The notes under the pieces were generated by a model that was not told where the DNA came from, did not search any database, and was given only the letters and a program-made list of their open reading frames with translations. Position numbers and translations under genes: made by a program. A DNA stretch of 63,999 nt, counting the filler, from Candidatus Babelota bacterium (GTDB lineage Bacteria > JAGOBX01): the NCBI GenBank assembly GCA_017999075.1. It is 13 parts of 13 records of this genome, joined end to end, with 100 filler letters (N's around TTAATTAATTAA, not from the genome) between each part and the next. Parts side by side here need not be neighbours in the genome. Positions count along the whole stretch, not along the records: positions 3,235 to 17,792 come from JAGOBX010000036.1; 12 more parts are not named here. One strand, 5' to 3'. Every line of letters begins with the position of its first letter. Positions within the stretch are counted from its first letter, which is position 1. Positions 9,406 through 17,593 of this stretch are shown here, in pieces.

Positions 9406-10332
9406 ATGAACGAAAATGTTTCTGATAAAAATGAAGAACACGAGTATCTGCGCATCAATACATTATTACCGGATATAATCAAAAAAATTGAAAATAGGTA
9501 TGTCGAACAAAATCCTATTAATGGCGTGCCTACGGGATTTAGAGCATTAGATGATATGACATCGGGTTTTCAAAATTCCGATTTGATAATAATTGCCTCG
9601 CGTCCGTCTATGGGTAAAACAAGTTTAGCGCTCAATATTGCATATTATGCAGCGCGCGTAGAAAACATTCCGGTTATGATTTTTAGTTTAGAATTAAATT
9701 CTAAAAATCTTATTTTCCGGCTTATTTCAAATGCTGCAATAATTGAGCTTAAAAAAATTATGAACGGTTTATTAAACAATAGTCAATGGGAACGCTTGAT
9801 TGAGGCAAGCGAAATATTATATCAGTGTCCCGTCTATATTGATAACAGCGATAATATCGATATTATTTCAATTATTGATAAAATAAAAAAATTAAAACAG
9901 GAAAAGAATATAGGGTTAGTTATTATTGATTATTTGCAATTAATAAAAGTGGATAATATTGAAGCCGAAAATAATGACCAAGTATTAGCTAAAATTTGCC
10001 GCGCGTTGAAAAACACTGCTGAAATAACTGAAATACCGATTATTGTATTATCGCAGTTAAAAAGACCGCCGGAATCAAGAATTAAACAACCGCCGCTCAT
10101 TGTTGATTTAGATGAATCGGGTATTATCGAAGAAATAGCGGATGTGATATTGTTGATGTTCAATGATAAAAATTATCCGATTTCAAGAGTCAAAGGAATG
10201 ACCGAAATTAATATTGTCAAACACAAAAATGGACCGCGCGGAAAAATATATTTGCATTTTCTTGAAAAATTCTCGAGTTTTGAAAACTATGATAATACTG
10301 ATTATTTCGATGATTACTTGGTGAATCATTAA
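9406..10332 (+). CDS. DnaB-like helicase, C-terminal ATPase domain only
   Basis: GVPTGF..LD.MT.G, ASRPSMGKT, FSLE, IIDYLQL, LSQL.R, DL.ESG.IE..AD, K..NGP.G. It is 308 aa and has no N-terminal domain. Confidence 0.92.
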   Translation: MNENVSDKNEEHEYLRINTLLPDIIKKIENRYVEQNPINGVPTGFRALDDMTSGFQNSDLIIIASRPSMGKTSLALNIAYYAARVENIPVMIFSLELNSKNLIFRLISNAAIIELKKIMNGLLNNSQWERLIEASEILYQCPVYIDNSDNIDIISIIDKIKKLKQEKNIGLVIIDYLQLIKVDNIEAENNDQVLAKICRALKNTAEITEIPIIVLSQLKRPPESRIKQPPLIVDLDESGIIEEIADVILLMFNDKNYPISRVKGMTEINIVKHKNGPRGKIYLHFLEKFSSFENYDNTDYFDDYLVNH

Positions 10333-10447
10333 AATTTATCGGATAATAATATAAAATTGGAATTGTATTTATTTTACTGATTGATTTTTTTATTTGGTTA
10401 ATTTGGTTAATCTGTGTTGTAATAAAACAAGGATTGACCGTATTAAC
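10331..10447 (+). repeat. Direct repeat C, copy 2
   Basis: Begins at the dnaB-like stop codon; 115/117 identical to 7335-7451. Confidence 0.95.
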
Positions 10448-10463
10448 CAAATTATTTGGATAC

Positions 10464-11027
10464 TTAAAAAAACCGAGTAAATATACCCGCCAAAAATCTT
10501 AATGTAAAATTACATTTCTCGAATTGTTTTTCCATTGAATATTCCATCTCGCGCAATCTTTTATTTACGGACGAATAAAAATTAATTTTAAAACTATTGT
10601 CAACAGTAACCGGAAATATAAACAACCGCAATATTTCACGCGCATCAATTTTCTGCTCCAAATATTCGGCAGCGGAATAACCGGACGGCACGCCGTTTTT
10701 ATTATAACCTGCAAATATCAGCGGAATAAAAGCTTCGTTGATATTTTTGTTTTCAATCAATTCATTCCAGTGTTGACCGGGCAAAGCGAACGGAATACCT
10801 AACGCTGGTTTAACCGGATTATAAAACGAATATTCCATCGGCATCAGTTTTTCTTCGTCCTGCATTCTTTTAATAGCAGCATCAACTGATTTTAATAAAT
10901 TGAAAGAAACAAGCGTTTCAGCTATTTCTTTAAAAACGCCGGCTTTATCAGTTGCTTTTAATTCATTAGTATAAAAAACATTAATCTTTTTATGTGCACA
11001 TTTTATTATTGAATATTTTTTTGTCAT
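10464..11027 (-). CDS. Degenerate PTS EIIA (Fru/Ntr-type)-like protein
   Basis: ELKATDKAGVFKEIAETLV...EEKL...GIPFA...AGYNKNGV...RLFIF follows the EIIA pattern (L.A..K..V..ELA.LL...RE.L...AIPHA...GRS.EGI...HLIF). Start moved to ATG 11027 (GAGGA RBS). Confidence 0.5.
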   Translation of the reverse strand: MTKKYSIIKCAHKKINVFYTNELKATDKAGVFKEIAETLVSFNLLKSVDAAIKRMQDEEKLMPMEYSFYNPVKPALGIPFALPGQHWNELIENKNINEAFIPLIFAGYNKNGVPSGYSAAEYLEQKIDAREILRLFIFPVTVDNSFKINFYSSVNKRLREMEYSMEKQFEKCNFTLRFLAGIFTRFF

Positions 11028-11040
11028 TTGAATATTCCTC

Positions 11041-11092
11041 ATAATTCGGAGTATTCGGTGGTTTATTTTTACCACCGAATGTTCCGAATTAT
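11041..11092. repeat. 22-bp inverted repeat between two co-oriented genes
   Basis: ATAATTCGGAGTATTCGGTGGT / ACCACCGAATGTTCCGAATTAT, 20/22 Watson-Crick pairs. Confidence 0.85.
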
Positions 11093-11098
11093 ACCGAT

Positions 11099-11698
11099 TT
11101 ATTGTTTCCGCGTATTTTCTTCGATTGCAATAAACACAGGCACGCAAAGAAAAATTATAAAAAACAAAAGTCCTAAAACAGCCGCTGCCGCAGTATATAA
11201 TTTCTGATCGCCGGCTTCAGCTTTATTTGTCTTTTTTTCTTCAAGCATCTCAAAAAACAGGTTTCTATGAGCATTAAACATATCAGCGGCAGTAATACCT
11301 TTTTTATGCGTTTTTTCATATTCAAGCGCCTGATTAATGAATTTTACTGTTGAACTCAGAAAATCGTTTCTGTGTTCTTCAGGCACGCTTATTAAAATAT
11401 CAAGAACAATATTGTAATTTTCAACGCCAATATTATAATTTTTTATTATCTCTTTTAATCTGTCTGAATATAATTTCTCGACTGATTGGCGTTCGTCAAT
11501 CTGTTTGAAATCAGTTGCATTCTGTTTTTCTTCTTCAAAATAACCTTTGATAGAATCAAATGACGGCATCTGTGTTTTTTTCTCTGCTGTGAAATAACCG
11601 ATTGCTGAAATAAGGATTATCACTAAACTCACAACAATAAAAAAAAGCGATACCATTTTCCCGAAAACAAACAACTTACCATAGATAAACTTAAACAT
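11099..11698 (-). CDS. Hypothetical membrane protein (N- and C-terminal TM helices)
   Basis: Two hydrophobic segments flank a helical loop; AAGGAG RBS before ATG 11698. Confidence 0.75.
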   Translation of the reverse strand: MFKFIYGKLFVFGKMVSLFFIVVSLVIILISAIGYFTAEKKTQMPSFDSIKGYFEEEKQNATDFKQIDERQSVEKLYSDRLKEIIKNYNIGVENYNIVLDILISVPEEHRNDFLSSTVKFINQALEYEKTHKKGITAADMFNAHRNLFFEMLEEKKTNKAEAGDQKLYTAAAAVLGLLFFIIFLCVPVFIAIEENTRKQ

Positions 11699-11742
11699 AA
11701 ATAGACACACTCCTTAAAAAAATTTAATTTACATATCTATAT

Positions 11743-11769
11743 ATACGCGCTTTTCAAAATTTGGTTGCA
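11743..11769 (-). promoter_or_regulatory. ECF-type promoter motif copy 4
   Basis: Minus strand TGCAAC(11769-11764)-N16-CGTAT. Confidence 0.7.
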
Positions 11770-11863
11770 AAAAAAATTTAATTTACAATAATATAGTGCA
11801 GAGTGCAGAGAAAGATTTAAGGATTAGTGATATATAACAAAATCAAATTGACAAAATAATTTT

Positions 11864-12082
11864 AAACCGCATTAGCGGTTTTATGTATATAGCCGCAGGT
11901 TTTTCAAAAACCTGCGGTATAAAAACAAAAAATCAAATCAACCCCAGCGGGGTTGTATGTAAAAAACAACAACGAGTATTTTTTTTACATACCGCTACGC
12001 TGTAGCGGAAATTTAGTTGTTAGTTATTTCCAGCGGTTTTTTCAAACCGCTGGTTACAAACATTAAACACCTCCGGCGTTTG
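11864..12082. repeat. Cluster of REP-like hairpins
   Basis: AAACCGCATTAGCGGTTT, CCGCAGGTTTTTCAAAAACCTGCGG, CAACCCCAGCGGGGTTG, CCGCTACGCTGTAGCGG, CCAGCGGTTTTTTCAAACCGCTGG. Confidence 0.8.
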
Positions 12083-12114
12083 AGAGATTTTGTCAATTTA
12101 TTTTCGTTACATAA

Positions 12115-12244
12115 AACTATTCAGCAGTATAAACGCAGAAACATTGAATTTTATTGTAAAAAACGCTTTAGCGTTGCTATAATAAAAGCAATCCTAAAGG
12201 ATTTTCTACAGTTTTTGCGCTAAAAATTATACTGTTGAACAGTT
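12115..12244. mobile_element. MITE-like element with 18-bp terminal inverted repeats enclosing palindromic element copy 2
   Basis: AACTATTCAGCAGTATAA ... TTATACTGTTGAACAGTT (16/18); internal double hairpin at 12155-12210. Confidence 0.5.
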
Positions 12245-12484
12245 ACATTTTTTTAAAATTAAAATATCTTAATCTTATCCTGTATAATCCTGTTATCCTA
12301 TTAAAATATGATTTTATACTTATTTAAAAAGAATATTCAGTTCAAGAAAAATTTCAACATTGTGTTGTAAAGTTTTAGATGTATAATCGCGAACAATCTG
12401 TCAAAGTAAAATTTGCTTAAATTTATTGGAACAATTTCTGACTGCACTCCCGAGCGCAGAGCGCAGATAATAATATTTATTTTT

Positions 12485-12511
12485 TGCAACCGTTAATTAA
12501 ATTTAGAGTAT
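12485..12511 (+). promoter_or_regulatory. ECF-type promoter motif copy 5
   Basis: TGCAAC 12485-12490, GTAT 12508-12511. Confidence 0.7.
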
Positions 12512-12560
12512 AAATAAGTATATAAGTTAAAAATTTTATTAAGGAAAAGGAAATAGCAAT

Positions 12561-12878
12561 ATGAAAAACATTTCAAATTCTAATAACTTTGATATTGAAA
12601 ATGCAAACGAAATAAACGACTATAAGGTAACAGTAAGAAAATTTACAATCATAAGCGGTGAATCTTTAAATGTCTTTCTCTGTTATGCGAAATGTGAAGA
12701 CAATATTATTGAAAATATAAAAATTATTGAAGATTTATTTGCCGCAAAGAAAAGTTTATATTTCGAAGGACAGATTATATGTCCGGTGTGTAACGAGATA
12801 CTTGATTATAAATATTATGATAGTGGTTATCTTGATGGTTGCTGCAGAACAGAAAACTGTTTAAATTGGAAGGAATAA
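12561..12878 (+). CDS. Small hypothetical protein with C-terminal Cys cluster (probable Zn finger)
   Basis: GQIICPVC...GCCRTENCLNWKE. Confidence 0.65.
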   Translation: MKNISNSNNFDIENANEINDYKVTVRKFTIISGESLNVFLCYAKCEDNIIENIKIIEDLFAAKKSLYFEGQIICPVCNEILDYKYYDSGYLDGCCRTENCLNWKE

Positions 12879-12960
12879 TATGAGTAATGTTTTAATTTTT
12901 TGAAGTTAAACTAAAAGGTATCTCGTATGATATTATTTAGTGTCAGCGCCACTACAAATA

Positions 12961-14127
12961 TCAAATCATTTCTTCTACCAAACTTAAAAATCCTATTGAA
13001 TCATCGCTTAGTTTCATTAATTTTGATTTGTAATCATTTTTTGGAGTTGGCGGTAAGGCATCTAATTTATCTTTTAAAAAAAACATCTCCACTGAATATA
13101 AATAATCAAGAACCCGCGCGTCAATCACGCCGCATTTTTTTAACAAATAATAGCATCTCACACGAATATCAGTGTCTGGATTCAATACCAAATATGAAAT
13201 TTTTTCTATAAGTATTTCTTTTTCATCTCTATCGCCCAATATCAAATTTTTATTTACGCGATCGATTTTTAATATGTTCTCGATAAGTTTTACTTTGTCA
13301 TCTCTTGTGTCTAATACATCAGTTTTATTTACTTTATCGATTGTTAAAATATATTTGTAATAAGTGAACAATAGTTGCGAATGTATCCACATACACAGAT
13401 GATTACCCAAATCAATTTCCGGTTTGCTGTTTAAAAAATTTAAGAGCAGCAATGCATTTTCAAAATCATCATTATTCAGAGATTTTTTTTCAGCGATATC
13501 TGTTGATAGCAGATAATTAAATATTATTGATGTGTAAAACAGTAATTTTGAATACTCTATGCAGCCGTCCCTAAACCCGAAATATATTTTATCATATTCT
13601 TCGGATTTTTCAGAATTATTGTCTTTTACTATCAAATTTAATTTAGGATGTTTAGTTAAATAATCCTCTTTTAATTGCGCGTGATTAAAAAAAATTGATT
13701 TATGACAAAGCATCATTTTCATAAATAACTCGACAAACATTTGCGGGTTCGCGCATACTTCTTTTTTGGAAATATTATGAATATTGTTTATGATATTTTC
13801 ATATTTATTTATATTATGATTATCAAATATTTTCGGAAAACATTTATAAATAAAAGCATAGTTGATACGTGGCGGCAAATATTCCTCGGGAACAGTGAAC
13901 TCTTTTTCTTCTGAAAATGAATATTCGAAAAGTTTTATATGGATGAGATTTTGACAATCAGGTTTACTTAATATTTTTCTATCTGTTTTTTGTAAGAATT
14001 CGAGGAATTCAGCGCAGTTAAGTTCTTTTACATAGTGTGACGCAAATCCGGAATTTATATACGCATCAACCATTTCTTTTTCAATTAACGAAAAATAGGC
14101 AATTTTTGTTGCACAGTAATCACACAT
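12961..14127 (-). CDS. Hypothetical protein (helical, N-terminal CxxC)
   Basis: 388-aa ORF with AAGGA RBS; no family recognised. Confidence 0.7.
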   Translation of the reverse strand: MCDYCATKIAYFSLIEKEMVDAYINSGFASHYVKELNCAEFLEFLQKTDRKILSKPDCQNLIHIKLFEYSFSEEKEFTVPEEYLPPRINYAFIYKCFPKIFDNHNINKYENIINNIHNISKKEVCANPQMFVELFMKMMLCHKSIFFNHAQLKEDYLTKHPKLNLIVKDNNSEKSEEYDKIYFGFRDGCIEYSKLLFYTSIIFNYLLSTDIAEKKSLNNDDFENALLLLNFLNSKPEIDLGNHLCMWIHSQLLFTYYKYILTIDKVNKTDVLDTRDDKVKLIENILKIDRVNKNLILGDRDEKEILIEKISYLVLNPDTDIRVRCYYLLKKCGVIDARVLDYLYSVEMFFLKDKLDALPPTPKNDYKSKLMKLSDDSIGFLSLVEEMI

Positions 14128-14151
14128 TGTTTGTTCCTTTAAATTTTTTTT

Positions 14152-14841
14152 TTAATTTTTTTTATATAATGCGCGCGGTATATCGTGCATACCTTCTTTT
14201 CGATTAAAATCAGAAATTTGGTTGTATCCTTTCCAGCAATCAGTACCTTCAGATACATATAAATAATTCGGTAAATTATTTTTTGCAATTTTATATAATT
14301 CTGAGATGATTTCAGGATTAGGACCTACCAAGCCGTGTTTCTGTAAAACTGTTATTTCAGGTTTTGCGTTGTTTTGCGACCATATAATATTATAGGCGTT
14401 TCTGCCGTCAAAAAATAAATACAACAGACAAATATCTTTTCCGAATATTCTTAAAAAAGATATAAAACCAAGTATATCTGCGTTTTCAATAGATTCCGAA
14501 TATTTGAATTTTATATTTTTGCTTATATTAAAAATATCGGATTTATAAATAGGTTTAGTATCAAGCAATCTGCAACCGGAATATTTTTTGTTAATATGAT
14601 TTATAATTTCGTTGCAGTCAATAGTTTCAAGTGCGCAGTATATATATAGCGGAATATCCGTATTTTCAGCAAACAGCAAAAGCGGATCAATATCGCGGCC
14701 TGCGCCCAAATAAAACAACGAAGGCAATTTTATAAGTTCCTCAATCTTCAATCTTTCTAATCTTTCTTCAGATTTAAAGTCCGGCATTGTTTTTAAACAT
14801 TCTTCAATCTGTAATAAATTTTTTTTCTGTTTTTCTGACAT
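14152..14841 (-). CDS. Hypothetical protein, possible Rossmann/methyltransferase-like fold
   Basis: LFYLGAGRDIDP glycine-rich loop; GAGGA RBS. Confidence 0.6.
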   Translation of the reverse strand: MSEKQKKNLLQIEECLKTMPDFKSEERLERLKIEELIKLPSLFYLGAGRDIDPLLLFAENTDIPLYIYCALETIDCNEIINHINKKYSGCRLLDTKPIYKSDIFNISKNIKFKYSESIENADILGFISFLRIFGKDICLLYLFFDGRNAYNIIWSQNNAKPEITVLQKHGLVGPNPEIISELYKIAKNNLPNYLYVSEGTDCWKGYNQISDFNRKEGMHDIPRALYKKN

Positions 14842-14916
14842 AAAAATGTCCTCCTATTTATTTTTACTATTATATCATATTTTAGTTAAAAAACCAAATC
14901 TATAATTAATTGATAA

Positions 14917-15135
14917 CTAATTACATATATTTTTAGTATTTATGCAAATTGATAAATAACCATTGCTTATCAAATTTTTATTTTTTTTTAACAGCGGATA
15001 ATCCGGTATATTTAATTTCAAATCATTAGCGTAAATCAACTCTTTAATACGCGCTTTAATGTCCTGGATATTTATATAAACAATTTTTTCAGTTATGCGT
15101 TCAATACCGCCGAAATCATCATTTGATATTTTCAA
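14917..15135 (-). CDS. Small hypothetical ORF or gene remnant
   Basis: 72 aa, TTG start with no RBS, directly behind promoter motif copy 6. Confidence 0.3.
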   Translation of the reverse strand: MKISNDDFGGIERITEKIVYINIQDIKARIKELIYANDLKLNIPDYPLLKKNKNLISNGYLSICINTKNICN

Positions 15136-15149
15136 TTTTATATTTGATT

Positions 15150-15176
15150 ATACTATGAAATCAAGGAATGGTTGCA
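15150..15176 (-). promoter_or_regulatory. ECF-type promoter motif copy 6
   Basis: Minus strand TGCAAC(15176-15171)-N17-GTAT(15153-15150). Confidence 0.65.
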
Positions 15177-15225
15177 AAAAATTGATTATTATGAGAGATA
15201 AATTTCAGATAAGTTGGAAGTATTA

Positions 15226-15486
15226 TTATTCGTAATGAGTCCACATACGAATTATTTTAATGGTTTTAATATCTGGCAAAATTTCATAAACCAATCTGTG
15301 TTGAATATTTATTCGCCGCGAATAAGCGCCTGATAAATCACCCATTAATTTTTCAGAATAAGGCGGCTGTTGATAGGGATTGCTTTTAAGTATATCAAGT
15401 AAATATTGCGTTTTATTTTTTAATCCCGCTGATGATATTTTTAGCGCATCTTTTTGAGCTTGTTTGGTATAAACAATATTCCACAT
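15226..15486 (-). CDS. yoeB: Txe/YoeB-family toxin
   Basis: NPYQQPP..EKL.GDLSGAYSRRINIQHRLVY...IIRMWTHYE. Confidence 0.95.
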   Translation of the reverse strand: MWNIVYTKQAQKDALKISSAGLKNKTQYLLDILKSNPYQQPPYSEKLMGDLSGAYSRRINIQHRLVYEILPDIKTIKIIRMWTHYE

Positions 15487-15492
15487 CTCATC

Positions 15493-15732
15493 TTACCATT
15501 TTAATGATTCGGAACATTCGTTAATCGGAGTTTTAAGCCCTTTCTTGATACTTTCGGTCATTCCTGTTATTGATTGCAAATATAAAGTTTCGGATATAGC
15601 CCGCCAGTCCTGCTCTGATAGTAAAACGGCATTTTGTCGGCCTGACAAAAATACGGGTTCATTTATTGTAGATACTTTTTTGATTAATCTGTTAATACTT
15701 GTTTTTGGTTTATTAACATCAACTACTATCAT
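15493..15732 (-). CDS. yefM: Phd/YefM-family antitoxin
   Basis: EPV.L.G..NAVLLSE.DW.AI.ETLYL.SI.GM.ESI..GL.TP; directly upstream of the toxin. Confidence 0.92.
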   Translation of the reverse strand: MIVVDVNKPKTSINRLIKKVSTINEPVFLSGRQNAVLLSEQDWRAISETLYLQSITGMTESIKKGLKTPINECSESLKW

Positions 15733-15787
15733 AATACCCCCCCTTTAATTTGTTATTTAATATACTAATATTTAATAAAAAAACAAG

Positions 15788-17269
15788 TTAAGTTATAGTT
15801 AATGTTTCCAATTCACGCAAAATATGAATAAGCCCTTCAGTATCGAGTTTGCAGTATTCAAGCAGATTTCGGCGTGTTTTATTTTTATCAGCTTCAGCTA
15901 CTTCAGTAAAAGCAATGCGCATATATTCATTTGACGCAAACAGACCATTGGATATTTCCAAACCGGAATATGATTTGCCTGTAAGCGCCGGCAACACTGC
16001 TTTGACAGACGCGCTGCCCTTCTGCGCCGGATGATAATAATGAAAGGAATTGAACGGCGCGAACAAATCAACAAAACGCGGTAAAATACTATTAACCCAA
16101 TTTTTAAATTTAGGATATGCGTGCGCATTTTCTTTTAGCCGCAACTTTTCAAAACTCATATTATACGCCATTATAGATCCTTTATTGCCGATTAATTTAT
16201 ATAATGATTCCATTATTTCAATGCGCGGATCGCCATCGCCAGACGCAAGATATTCAAAATGCTGCGGCGCGCTATTCAACTCATTCACAATATGCAATGA
16301 ATACTGGAATGTAACCTGCACATACGGTTTGATTTTATCAAATAGCGGCACCGCAGTGCTGAATGTCTCGAAATCAAGTATATACAATGGAAATTCTAAT
16401 TTATTCAGAAATTTTTTTAGGGCGGGTTTATCAATATGCGGCTGACAGGTTTGCGCTGTCTGCACTTGTATTTTATGAGTTTTATTCAATTCAACGCTGG
16501 CAGGTATATTAGCAAGTTCAAAAATGCCGTCTCTGATAAATTCATACGCTTTTTTCTTAGCGCGGCGCAACTGAAAAATACTGTAATTCTTGCCTGCATA
16601 TTCATCGCACAATTTAGAATACAGCGGACAATGATATGGGAAAAAACAATGGTCGCCGCATTCGATACGCGGTGTTTTTTTCTGATTCATAATCGTGCTG
16701 AAATCCATTATCATTTTTTCAATTTCAGCCATTATTTCCGCGACTTTTTTTGTAATATCAATTTTTACGAACAGATTATTAATATCAAGTTCGCCGCAGC
16801 GTTCGTAATTTTTATTTATGTGCATTATAAAACATTTGTTGATTTTTATGCCCGCGCCTTCGCAGCAATATCTTTGGAAAGCAACATCAAAAATATGAAT
16901 ATCTTTTACAGCATTAGCGCTTTTGACTTCAATAATATCAAACTTACCTGATTTGACAGGCGCGAGAATATCGTTTCTGGCAAAACCATTTCCAAAGACA
17001 AATCCGGGTTCAAATAATGCTTTACACGAATTCGAAAATTTTTGTGTTTCAGCAATTCCGTTATCAAAACCGTTTTCCCAATTGATTTCTATTCCGTCAG
17101 GAAACATTTGTTTAGCATATTGTCCAACCATCAACCCTTGGTCAAATGCTGATTGTTCGTTTGAATTTTCAGCTAACTGCGCTTTGTCATTGCAGAAATA
17201 CCATAATAATTTCGCGCATTGCGCGCCTTTCAAAAATGTAGTTTTTGTTAGATATTTTTTTGTTATCAT
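15788..17269 (-). CDS. DUF2779-domain protein (PD-(D/E)xK nuclease-like N-terminus, RNase H-like C-terminus)
   Basis: G.QC.K.LW, ARNDIL...IIEVKS, D.AFQ.Y, Cys cluster, LDFET...PY.Q..FQYSLH, LLEYCKLDT. Confidence 0.85.
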   Translation of the reverse strand: MITKKYLTKTTFLKGAQCAKLLWYFCNDKAQLAENSNEQSAFDQGLMVGQYAKQMFPDGIEINWENGFDNGIAETQKFSNSCKALFEPGFVFGNGFARNDILAPVKSGKFDIIEVKSANAVKDIHIFDVAFQRYCCEGAGIKINKCFIMHINKNYERCGELDINNLFVKIDITKKVAEIMAEIEKMIMDFSTIMNQKKTPRIECGDHCFFPYHCPLYSKLCDEYAGKNYSIFQLRRAKKKAYEFIRDGIFELANIPASVELNKTHKIQVQTAQTCQPHIDKPALKKFLNKLEFPLYILDFETFSTAVPLFDKIKPYVQVTFQYSLHIVNELNSAPQHFEYLASGDGDPRIEIMESLYKLIGNKGSIMAYNMSFEKLRLKENAHAYPKFKNWVNSILPRFVDLFAPFNSFHYYHPAQKGSASVKAVLPALTGKSYSGLEISNGLFASNEYMRIAFTEVAEADKNKTRRNLLEYCKLDTEGLIHILRELETLTIT

Positions 17270-17593
17270 AAATCAAAGCATAATACTGTTATACTGCAAT
17301 TACAGATTAAAGTTTGCAGATTATCAGAAAAAATTAATTTTTTCAATTTAATATTATAATTCATTTTTGTTAAATATAATTTCATTTCAGGAAAAATGCG
17401 ATATATTTTTATATTATGATTTCAGTTCCCTCTCTCAACCCTTAAACTTCCTATCCAAGCACCGTGGCATGATTTCTTTTTTGTAACCTGTATTTTAAAA
17501 TCATTGCTCAAAATGCTTTTGACAGCCGCACTTTATATTCACTTTATGACTATATTTTAATATTATTCCACCACCCATTTGATTGATTTAAAT

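Noticed and set aside
6796-10447. Integron cassette array or diversity-generating retroelement
   Set aside because: There is no integrase or reverse transcriptase on the contig and no clear RYYYAAC...GTTRRRY attC boxes. Repeat C has only two mismatches (C/G and A/G), too few to indicate adenine-specific mutagenesis.
12017-12223. 68-aa ORF
   Set aside because: It spans REP/MITE-like palindromes, has no RBS and is probably spurious
14572-14598. Additional TGCAAC hexamer
   Set aside because: It lies inside a CDS and lacks GTAT at the 17-nt spacing
15849-17351. Several plus-strand ORFs of 61-171 aa
   Set aside because: They are antisense shadows of the DUF2779 gene; the same applies to most short track ORFs overlapping long genes
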